This document shows positions 1 to 10,866 of a stretch of DNA of 27,031 nucleotides, piece after piece. Positions within the stretch are counted from its first letter, which is position 1; the number at the start of each line of letters is the position of its first letter. The notes beneath the pieces are model-generated. The model did not search any database and was not told the DNA's origin. It was given only the letters and a program-made list of their open reading frames with translations. The position numbers were made by a program, and so were the translations under genes. Source of the DNA: Acanthaster planci (Eukaryota); NCBI RefSeq assembly GCF_001949145.1, contig NW_019091361.1:1962866-1989896 (forward strand), in the 5' to 3' direction.

Positions 1-283
1 ACACAGATGTGCGTGGAAATGAAAACACAGTCAAAGTCTCTCAGAATTATAGCATACATGGATATGACATTGTCAAAAATACATGCACCTAGATTTGAAC
101 ATGCACATGCCTCCATGGACGTGGCCGGTATCAGTACACTTCCTGAAATGCCTTCCCCCGTCATGTTACATCAAATGAAACCACTATTTTACGGTGAAGC
201 TTGGTATGGTTTTGCTTACAATTGGGGGCGCATAGATATTTCCATTGTTTTGTCACTGAGTATTTTCTTAATTGTTTCCTCTT

Positions 284-385
284 AGGTAAGCATGTCTTTT
301 GCCATGCGCACTGCTTAAGGTAAGCATGTCTTTTGCCATGCACACTGCTTAAGGTAAGCATGTCTTTTGCCACGCACACTGCTTA
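284..385 (+). repeat. Minisatellite, 34 bp x 3 (aggtaagcatgtcttttgccaygcrcactgctta)
   Basis: Units start at 284, 318 and 352 and differ by 1-2 substitutions. Confidence 0.95.
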
Positions 386-1060
386 TGGTCTCTATGAAAT
401 ACACAGTTCCTCCAGCCTCTGTTGGTATAAAATTCTGCACTTAAAGCAGCGCCGTGAAATTGGGTTCTGAAGACTGAAGGATGCACAGTTTGAATAGTAC
501 CATGGAAAAGATGACAACTCAGCTATTTAAGGTCATCACACTGCCCACTCGGGATCAAGGTTGATAATCTCAAATGTCTACTGGAAATCCAAATTGTTGG
601 ATTTCATTCCCAAGACGTACTCTTGTGTAATGGTACTACATGCACATTTGCTTCTGCTCTGTGCCCAGTAACCACGCCAAAATCCAACATGTTGCATCAT
701 GTAAAATGTGCCTGACCAATTGCTAGTACAGTCCTACAATCATGGAGTATGTCAGTCCCACAGGATGCTGTTGCTAGATAGCAAAAGCACTCAGTCAAGC
801 GTAGAGCAAAACAGATTAAAGCATATACAGAGAACACACATGTATATATTGGCAAATACACAGTACAGGTACATGTAGCAGGTAATAGCTAATTCAGCTG
901 AACACAGTATTTTGAGGGAACATGTAGGCTTAATCAAACAACCATTTTGCAAATCCCCCAAAAGTCAGGGAATCCAAAGCTTAAACCCTCGTGTAGTGCT
1001 CACAAAAAACCTGTATTAATAACTGGAAGTCAAATTGGCACAAAAAATCTGTTTTGATGT

Positions 1061-1339
1061 TACACATAAGAATGGAAAACAACACATGAGAATGGAAAAC
1101 TACACATGAGGATGGAAAACTACACATGAGAATGGCAAACTACACAGGAGAATGGCAAACTACACAGGAGAATGGCAAACTACACAGGAGAATGGAAAAC
1201 TACACATGAGAATGGAAAACTACACGAGAATGGAAAACTACACATGAGAATGGAAAACTACACATGAGAATGGAAAACTACATATGAGAATGGAAATCTA
1301 CACATGAGAATGGAAAACTACACATGAGAATGGAAAACT
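1061..1339 (+). repeat. Minisatellite, 20 bp x 14 (tacacatgagaatggaaaac)
   Basis: Directly visible tandem array with one 18-bp unit at 1221-1238 and no spacers. Confidence 0.97.
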
Positions 1340-3230
1340 GATGCAATCAGCTGAAGGAGAAGTAACATGCCCGAATCCACCATCAAATTAATTTTCTACA
1401 TGAAAAAAAAATCTGGTTAAAGTTGCCATTTTAAGAAAGTGGGTCATTTGAAAGAGCTTTCTTCTTAGACTCTTCCATAAATTGCAAGAACGCCCACGAG
1501 GTTCAAACAACTTATTAAGCTGAAAAAAAACTGAGAAAAATCGACGTATCAGAAAACAAAGACATTCTGAAATCCACAACTCAATGTGGCTTGCTGGAAA
1601 TAGTCTATGAAAGTGAGTGAAAGAGCCCTTTCCATCAGTGGAGACAAACATGCATATTCCCACGGGTTAAGGATTTTATCTTCCATATTGCAATCCATTA
1701 CGAACTGTTAAGCAGTGCTATCACCCCTCTGACGCTAGCCTATCTGTTAGCACCCTTAGCCCCTGATGCAGCAGACTGCTAGGGGTGATTCATGCATTAT
1801 TTAAGCAGGGTAGTGGGCAGGTTTAGATAATGCTGATGCGCGACAAGGATAACAACAAGTACTGTCGAGTTTCACGTGTCTGTACTGGTTTTTTTTTAAA
1901 TCTCTGGAAGTCAGACATTTTCCTTCTAACACTGGAAAATGGACACTCTTTCCTGATGTGCATTTATGCTGTTTCGAGGGCCCACTAGGTCTTCAAAGAT
2001 CAGAAAGGGCCCAGCCTGACTAACAGGCTAACTGAATTACACTCTAAAAGCAGAAAATTTTTCCACAATGCCCTTTCTGCCATACATCTACCCATACATA
2101 TAGCTACATTTCTCTGCAGAAAGGTTTTTGGTTCTGCGGAGATTTATAAAGCAAACCAAACTTTGCTTTCATTCCCTCCTTTCTGCAGACAATTCAATTA
2201 TTATCGCAGTATACCTCAACAATGGAATATGAAATTTTATATTTCACCTACATGTATTTAGCTGCTATGTACAGTAGTGCCATCAAAAATTGACCACAGT
2301 GATCAACAATCTTGTACAATATATCTTTTCAGGTATTCTACATGTAATTAAATTTATGCATGCATTCTTTATGGAACAGGAGCCCATCTCCTGCTTATGC
2401 AAACCCAAAGGGAAGACAAGTGAAGCTTCACTTGATATAAATTGACAATTAGGTGGATGTATACAGCCATAAATGTGAATTAATAAGGGCAGTAAGTCAC
2501 ATCTGATCAAATTAATGAAGCAATGAATTTTCAACCACAAAAAGCATCCCATCAAGACAAGCTAAGTCCTCTTGGAATGGAATAAATTCAGCAGTATTTA
2601 ACCTTACAATCTCCTGGTATGTTTTCAGTTAGATCCACACAGTTTGCTTTTACGAGGGATAAACAATCCCTAACAATCAACTTGCAATCTGTATATATCT
2701 GAGAAGAAATTTGATTGCTTGACAAATACAGGTGAGTTACTTTATCCCTCTCCCTTCAGCTTGCTCAGCAAATTAAAGTATCCTTTGCTTTCAATTTAGG
2801 CATATCTTCTTGAATCGAAATTGATGGAATGTTTTCTCAAGAGTTTTACTGACTGGCTGACAGCTACATGTGATGGTGGTGCTTACGATTAAAGTGCGCC
2901 TTTCAGTTTGGAAATAAAATTTCATGCAAAAGCAAGATCCCCTCTTTCACAGCTGTTAGTGAACTTGTAACCTTAAAAAAACAAACAAATATTCACTGAA
3001 GTCCCGAGAAAAAAATCAGGAAAATGATGAAGTTCTAAGCTGGAAAAGACTTTGAACAGTGGGAAGTAGAAAAAAACAATGAAACCAGCTGATCCCAGGA
3101 ATTTCTACTTTTGGTTATTTTGGAACCTGCATGTATACACCAGTACAATTACATTTGATTGATGTAACACAGTGTACATGTACGCATTTATGTACATTGT
3201 AGTAAGTCAAAACAAATAAATCACTAAGTC

Positions 3231-3669
3231 ATAGAGGGATTTCACATGAGCACCGTCTGCGCATATCCCCATCGAAACCGAGGCTCTCTGTGCTATACTT
3301 TGTCACGCGCACCCCTGGAGTCGACACAGTACATGCAGTATCCGGTTTGTAAGCGTGATGCCACTTCAGCTAAACCACGCACATGCAGATACATAACCAT
3401 CCAGGTACATGTACATGTATGTTAGTTCGCGGTAAATTGCTGTTATTTTTTCTTTTGATTTTACGTGTCGAGTCATCCTGAAAGACTCTTCCACAAAAAT
3501 TTGCAGCCAGAAAAGTCTGAATTTAACATACCTTTATGTATTTTGTGTCTTGACTCCTTACTTTCAATTGTCTGATCCTATTAAGAATTGAAGCCGACAC
3601 ATACAGCCTCCTTTCAAATGCAGAAGTGCGCAGATCGACGCTAAAAGCGTCGTATTAGGATCCCTCTAT
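3231..3669. mobile_element. Non-autonomous DNA transposon-like element (about 440 bp) with imperfect terminal inverted repeats
   Basis: Terminal pair atagagggat (3231-3240) / atccctctat (3660-3669). Nested symmetric pairs tctgcgca/tgcgcaga (3256/3627) and gaggct/agcctc (3280/3605). Higher CpG content than the flanks. Confidence 0.65.
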
Positions 3670-5161
3670 TGAAATAAGTTTCCCTGATGAGTATAAAATG
3701 CTCAATAAATTCTTCAATTAACCAAGTCTGTGTGTATCGTTTGCACAAAACACAACTGAAAAAGGGCTTTGACATCAACAAAAAAAAGGAAAGTCTACAC
3801 AGTATTGTTTCCTACACATTATCTCACCTGAAAGTCAGCTGCTTTGAGGGGCATGACTTGAGGTTGTGACTTCTTTCTTTATTGCAGAAGAGCACAAAAT
3901 GAAGACAGTCTGCTGTCTGACAGTCCCACGAAACACGGCAAATATTCAGCACATGAGAAAGAAGGCATTCAGAGACTAGCAACGGCAGAATAAATTATTC
4001 CTCAACGGAGGGCTACGGCCAATAGCCGGAGTTGTGCAAACTCCACCGCTCTTCTGCTGACCTCGCTAAGCCGAGAGCAGCTAGAAATCAATGGAGGAGG
4101 GATGCTTCCAGAGGATGGTGCACTGGTTTCCACTCAGCCGTGACACAATCAAGATGCTTGGCTTCTGTGCAAACCATGACCAATCAGATGCGACCTAAAC
4201 TGCACCAGAGCACAACAAGAAGCTGATGAATTCACCAGGGCATCATTTAGCAGCTGGTGTTCAGGGCTAGACTGGGTTTCAGAATGGCAGAAGCTTGGAG
4301 AAGACTACTGAAAATGTGTGATGGGGAAAAGGGGAACAATCCCAAATATAATGAAGATTCCCCTCCCCCACCCTTTATAAGCAGAAGTCACCGCAGTGAA
4401 TCATGCTCATGACTTCAAATCACCCTTTTTACAGCTTATTAGCCTAGCTATTTTTATTCGTCAAAGTGTCAATCAATCTAAAAACTTGCACTCCCATGCG
4501 GGCGGTGACAGCAGACATTTGGTGCCTTCACACGAATTCTTGCTGTACATGTACATTAGCCACTGCCATCACTCCCAGGTGATCAACTGACATTTCAAGT
4601 TTTAAATTTTTTTTTTTTCATTTCAAGTCTAAAATAAACACTAATTTTGACTGGCCTAATCAATCCTTGCGAAGACTGTGCTGTAATTTATTTGAACACT
4701 TGAATGCTAAGCTCCATGAAGGCAATCACAATCCTAGCTGATTACACTTACAAAGCCAATCCCCATGGGCTGTCAAAATTCAAATGAATCAGAATTATAG
4801 TTCTTGAGTTTAGAGATCCGAACCTCATTTTGATGATATTTTTCCATACTGGATTTTGCTTTTCATTTTTTTTCACAACGGCCCTGTTCCAATTATTGAA
4901 ATACCAGATAAATTCATGGCTAAGGCCCCCCCAAGTCTCCGGTTTCTGCTCACCGCGCACATCGCCGCAGACCTGCATGTTGGCAAACTGAAGAATTTTT
5001 TTATTTTGCATAAAACCAATTCCAAAAGCCGCTAAACTTATGCTACGGCATAATTTTAACGTGTTTTTGATGGGTGGGGTTGAGTAATTTGTACGGTGAA
5101 CGAATCCCCCTAGGCCTCCATACATTTATCAGATGACATCATTCGTGTATCTTTACACGAA

Positions 5162-5280
5162 GGCCGTGTCCGAATCAGTTGGCAGCGGCTTGATATTACG
5201 CATGATCCTATGGGAACTGACTGTGGATGCTGCCAAATACTCGGTGTAATTCTGACTATAGCCAATTGATTCGGATACAA
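5162..5280. mobile_element. MITE of about 120 bp with a GGCCGTGTCCGAA terminus
   Basis: gtgtccgaatcagttggc (5166-5183) is inverted to gccaattgattcggatac (5261-5278) at 16/18 positions. It has the same 13-bp left end as the element at 17602. Confidence 0.65.
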
Positions 5281-5464
5281 ATTGAAAACACTTTTAAGCA
5301 ACAAACTGTGAGGGGCCAGTCTATTTCAGTGTCGGTGAGGCTGTGGCGGTACATAGTGATGCAGCGCATGCAGTGGCGATGGACATCGCTATGACAATAC
5401 ATGTAACTCATGCATCGTCACTTGCCAAAACAAAGGTAGATTAGAGTGAGAGGAGATTTATTTT

Positions 5465-5725
5465 CTGAGCTGAATTTTTCCCCCAATATTTTATGTGCAA
5501 CTTGTTTCTTATAAGATAAAACAGAAAACAACGTGCACAGTACATCATTTACCTCATGAGAATTTTATTTTCATTTTGACTCGGGAACTGAAGTGTTTTA
5601 ATTAATTTTTTTCATAGGCTATTTGACATGCAACTTTGTTTCCTCTACGCTAAAGCAGAAAACTATGTGCAAAGAATGTCACCTCATGAGAATTTCATTT
5701 AAAACTGGAAACTGGAGCTGAACAT
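5465..5725 (+). repeat. Diverged tandem duplication, period about 130 bp
   Basis: acctcatgagaattt at 5551 and 5681. The tgcaact...cagaaaac...gtgca pattern recurs at 5496 and 5629. Confidence 0.7.
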
Positions 5726-6919
5726 TTATTTTTCACATTTAACTTTTCCATGGTTGTGCTACTGTATTTTAACAAGCTCAATCTTGCCAAGAATTGAAGC
5801 CTCTTGTTTGAGTGAGATGACTGAAACCATCACCTCTTGTCACATTTTATGGTCTTTTTATTAATTCAAAGTTGTTAATTCACTCTTCTCATAGTACTAA
5901 TAACAAGGCCATGCGCTCTAAAGTACAATGTACATCACTGCTACGGAAAAAAAAGAGGGACAAAAAAAACCAAGCCCGTGACCAGAAACCAGAGTTGTTT
6001 TTTTTAGGCCTACGATGGTAAGGTCACGATGGAGCACACACATGCCTGACGAAACCATCGAGCGAGCAGCATCAAGGGATGCCACCTGTGATTTTGCTTC
6101 CACTTCAAGTCAGTCCTCAACTCTTGATGGGACGAGAATGCCATCAAAACATCCTCAGCCCATTTCAAAACAGGAGTACATGTGCATACAGGTAGCACGA
6201 CTGGTAGTACACCGCAGTGCAAGGCTCACAGGTTACCAACAATTAATGATGGTAACTGGGCAGTAATTATATGTACAGTGGCTGAACTATGCTATATGCA
6301 AATGACAAGAACAAAGGCCAACCTGCATGTTTGTAGAGGGTTTACTCTTTCTTCGGTGGGGGTGTGTTATCCGAGAAACTGAGGTTTTGTAACCATGGAA
6401 AGGACGAGAGAGCTGTATCAAATTCCCAACTATGATGAAGGTGTAAGGACACATAAGTCCATGTGTATATAGTGTACGTGCATAGGTGATGCAAATTGCA
6501 TGAATTTTTGTGGCAGCCATTTGTTATGCATTTTATCTGTACAAACCTACCTGTAGAATTCACATGTTAGAATTTTAAATTCTATAAATTCCTAAGGTGG
6601 GATAAAGACAGCATCTCGTGAGCTACATGTAGTCGATAAAATTTGTTTAAAAGTGGACAGGAAGTAGATATTTTGCCTAAGTTGAAAGTTGTGGAGGTCT
6701 TTGACAAAAATTCAAATGTAATTCAGTGAGATTTGAAAACCAAACAATGAATTTTAAAAATGTTATTACACTTATTAACCTTTCAGATTCATTCCAGTAC
6801 ACATTCCAGAAAAAAGACATGACAGCACAAATAACCTGACAAACTGCAACTGGCCAAACGACGTACATGTACACGGCATACAACTTGAAGTCCCACATAT
6901 CTTTACTAGGCATTGGACT

Positions 6920-7190
6920 AAATCCATCAAAATCCAGCATTCCCTGTGTAATCCACATTGCTTGCTACAAAGTCCACCACTGGTGTGGTGGTCTTTGATG
7001 ATGGACCTACCGGTACTACACATGGTAAGACGTGATGTCATCAGCACTGTTGCCATGACAAAATGCACTGGCAGAACTCTGGGCCCCCTGGACCAAGTCC
7101 ATCATACTCTATCAGCATCTAGTCACCTTAGGCTTTCTGGACAGAGTCTATCAAAATCCCCCTAAAAGGGGAATGGATTTTGATGGATTT
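6920..7190. repeat. Segment of about 270 bp bounded by a perfect 17-bp inverted repeat (MITE-like)
   Basis: aaatccatcaaaatcca (6920-6936) / tggattttgatggattt (7174-7190), with a partial third copy at about 7148-7159. Confidence 0.6.
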
Positions 7191-8100
7191 GGGGTGGTTT
7201 GGGTTGAGAATCAAACCTGGAAACTTTTCGACATTTCCAAGGTAAAACAAGAAATTACCACAAGTTAGTACACAGATTTTTCAGACACTATCATGAGGTA
7301 CATGTAGTTGCGTACACCTGTTCCAAGCAAACTCTAGATTATCGATGAGCTAATCATGGAAGATGCTGGGACACACAGCAGCAGAGTGACTCATTTATGT
7401 ATCACCTGTCACAACCTCTACCGGCAAGTAATGCCCAGGGCAGGGGGGTTGACAAACTAAAAGAACTGACAGCTAAAATTAGCAGGATTGCTGAGACTAC
7501 AGGTCCAATTGTCTACAAGAGCAGTGGTGATCAGGAGTCTTGGGAAAAGCTTCATGGAAAAGGAAGCACACAGGAAGAACTGTTTGACTATTAAAGGCTG
7601 CTTACATTGAAACATGACAGACAGAAATGAAGGTGCATCCATTGCCAAGCATGGCTCCAGAACCAAATTTTTGGGAAGGGATTTCGATAGGGATGGGGGG
7701 CTTACGTCGGTTGTGAAGTTACCCGTACATTTACACGCAGGTTGTTTTGTCTTTTTACATGCTGAGAGAAAGGTAAATGAAAGTCCTACACATCTATCTC
7801 ATTTAAGCAAAAAGAAACAAAAGATTTTTCTTTTCCATGGCCAGGGCGTATCCTTGCAGTAGAATGTAAGCCAATGACAAGATCTTTATATTCAAAGCCT
7901 TACTTTCAACTAACTACCGGTTGTCTGCTTGTTGCAACTGCAAATATCAACCTTTCTTGAGTATCTATTCCCACAGGTATTTCTCTCCAGTATTACATCA
8001 TACTTATAAAAATATAGTAGAACCTAAATAGGCTATAGTAGAAACACCAGGCAATAAGTAAAAACGAGCAGCAGGCACTAATACATGTATATATACTCAC

Positions 8101-8127
8101 CATACTTGCTATCTCAGGCTGGGCCAT
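8101..8127 (-). CDS. Coding part of a candidate internal alternative first exon: MAQPEIASM then a phase-0 donor
   Basis: ctcaaATGG start, consensus donor atg|gtgagt and an in-frame stop further upstream. It lies just downstream of a CpG-rich patch. Confidence 0.4.
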
Positions 8128-8254
8128 TTGAGTATCTCTAGTTCCAAACAAACAAGCACAGAGCGCTTCTCCTTTTTTTTTCAAAGGAAGTGGCAGCTCA
8201 AGAGTGCTGCCCGAAGACAAAGGAAAGAAGACCTTGCAAAACAACTTCACAGGA

Positions 8255-8590
8255 TTGTAAGCGATCCCACCGGCAAGTGGTGTCCATCACATCTAAAAGC
8301 CGGGCTGCATGCACACGTACGGTACGTTCCAGGCTGAGTGTCAGGCACGCGAGCTAGAGTCTATCTGGCTCGAAGTACGAGGTGCCTGCACCTTTCATTA
8401 TGCCGACTGCCCTAACGTAATAAGTGTGACCTGCGGACAGTAATAACCATGCAGCAAATACACCAATTAAGTCAGCTACCTCCTGCACACTGGCGGCACA
8501 AATTGCAGCAGAAACAACGACAACGGTCGGCGCTGAAGGGTGCAGATGTAGTTTCCGCAGTGCAATTCAATCGTGAGGTCATTTCCACAT
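8255..8590 (-). promoter_or_regulatory. CpG-enriched patch, candidate internal promoter/5'UTR
   Basis: Dense CpGs (cacgtacggtacg, gcacgcgagc, acgacaacggtcggcgc) in an otherwise CpG-poor window. An ETS/CRE-like ggaaatgacctca sits on the minus strand near 8574-8586. Confidence 0.4.
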
Positions 8591-10830
8591 TTTGTACATT
8601 GTAGTTTTCAATGCAAAACACAAAACAGCCCTGCAGTTAAATGCTGAGGATGATTTTAACTATCCAGTGACAAGGAAGCAAGACCCTGTAAACACGTATG
8701 CATGTATTATACACGTGAGTACCCTTGACAGTATTGACAGGGCGGCTAGAACTGCACATTGACAAAGCAAGAGATGTCTCTCTGCACAGTTCTACAGCAT
8801 GAGAAACCAGTTTTATGCCATTTCCAATGAACAGACCCTAGGCTACAATCACAGACTCCATCCTTCTGAGTGTTTCTGACCAAAGTTGCAATTAAAACAC
8901 TGAATCCCTGACAGACAAGGTACATGTACAACCAAAGGAACGTTGAGGAACCCAAGACACTACTGCACCCCCTCGGTACATGTATATTAAATAAACAAGC
9001 TAAAAGTGGACGGAAAGATCAATTTTAACAAAACACTTTTAAAGATATGAATTAGTTATGCACAATGGTACATGTAAGTCATCTTCACCTTCAAATACAT
9101 GCATGTACATGTACGGTACATGTGCATGTATATGTTACATAAAAAATTTACACTTTTTACTAAATCAACTCTAGCTGAAAAGTCACAATAACATGAAATC
9201 TGAAGGTCAAATCATTATCTGACAAGGATATTCAATGTTGCATGGTTCTTACTAATGCTACATTGCAGCCTACAATGTTCAATTCCTTCTGGAGTTTACA
9301 GTGGGAGAATGAGTCAATCCTTTATAAAATAAACAGTGACTAGATCAGCACGACGCACGCAGTGAAGTTGAAATTAAAGTGTCCAAATAACAAAATCTAT
9401 GAGGCTTGGCCAGTGCAATCATTTTTACAGACACAAAGGTACATGTACACATAATCTTAGAAACAGCTTAACACAGCCTCGGGCTTGTGTATCCCCATGG
9501 TCCATTAGTGTTGAGTGTAGAAGAGCATCAGACAGTGTTGTATTACTGCACAAATACATGCATGTTTAATTCATGTTTTTGAAATTTCACCCAATTTCTT
9601 TTGGGGATATTGAGCTACTTACGGTTGGATTTCACTACACTAAATTACATGAACACGTATTTAGCTTATATCTGGCGACACTGGTAAAGAAATATAATCT
9701 TCCTAAACAAACAAAAGTAAGGCCCCCAAAATTCTGGGCAATGAAAAAAAACTAGTCATGTTATAGGAAATATCACTCTGGTTATAAAACGTATCATGTG
9801 GAAACCTACTGAATGCCACTTGTACTGATTGAAGACTTTAGCTTGCTGGAAATTCAACAGCCAACGACTAGTGCCTGTCAGTTTCAACATGTAAATACGC
9901 TCAGGGTGAGGTATGCACAAGAACTGGCCAGGACTGGTAATGAGACTTGCACAACATGGGGTTGGGGACTGTAGTTTTGTAAAGGAGTCAGATTGAGGAC
10001 AATCAACCTGCAGGAGGGGATCCTTACTTAATTCAGTGAATTTAATCACTGCGGAAATAGACAGCTGGCTGCAATCATATGCTACGAAACTCATGCTATG
10101 ATTGATTCATAAGGGAAACCTCCTCAAAACCAACGAAAAGAGTGAATGTAGCAATATTCAGAGGGTTCAAAGTGTTCCCACAGTATGCTTACAGCTCACT
10201 ACATGTACGGACATCACATGTAGAAGTTCCTTGTTACAACATGTATGTGTACATGTACATTTAGAGAAATGGAAGACAACAAATTAACAGGGGAGAGGGG
10301 CATGTGCCCCTTGGTACCCCCATTTGAAATGTTGAAAGGTGGCCAACCTATTTACAAGTCTAGCTGGTTGGCTTTTGGTGCCATCCCTTCCCCCTGAAAG
10401 AGTGTACACCACCTAGATGCTCCCCCTAAACATTTTCTCGAATTCATGCCATGAACATGATTAAGGGGAATGATGCCAGAAAGTGATGGAAAATAAAAGT
10501 AAAGGTTTAGGGAATCAAAACTGCAAAACATGCAAACTAAACGTTTATTTCTCATTTTGCCATCAGCAAAGAGCAAACTCATTTGATTTTATTTTGAGAA
10601 ACAGTTCTTGATGAGCCTCCCATCCAGCCTGTCTGTGAACTGTCCATGCCGACAGAAAAATCCAAAGGACTAACAGACAATGACACGCACGAACAAACTG
10701 TGATAACAAACAAGGAAGCGGCTGCATGTTCTGCACACGGGTAATTCTTGTACATGGGTGTGCACTGGCGTGCAGAGCTTTACGATGTAGGTAACACTCC
10801 ATCAGACTTTTCCTTGCACGAACACGCATC

Positions 10831-10866
10831 TCAAACATCCGCACGCACACTCATTGCTTCCTCCAT
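10831..10866 (-). CDS. Candidate second alternative terminal exon: MEEAMSVRADV* (phase 0)
   Basis: Strong acceptor tgttggtttctctgcctgttcttatctcag|. AATAAA occurs at 10588-10593 and 10544-10549, and the latter is followed by GT-rich sequence. Confidence 0.3.
   Translation of the reverse strand: MEEAMSVRADV

Noticed and set aside
1061..1339. CRISPR-like array
   Set aside because: Head-to-tail 20-mers without unique spacers, no cas genes, eukaryotic context; it is a minisatellite.
3888..4312. Stop-interrupted plus-strand frame as a selenoprotein or pseudogene
   Set aside because: The first stop is TAA; no recognisable homology or SECIS element.
7030..7070. HFVMATVL as the missing DAPK 'SFVMKAII' exon
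   Set aside because: No suitable acceptor, no acidic lead-in and no ankyrin-like continuation.
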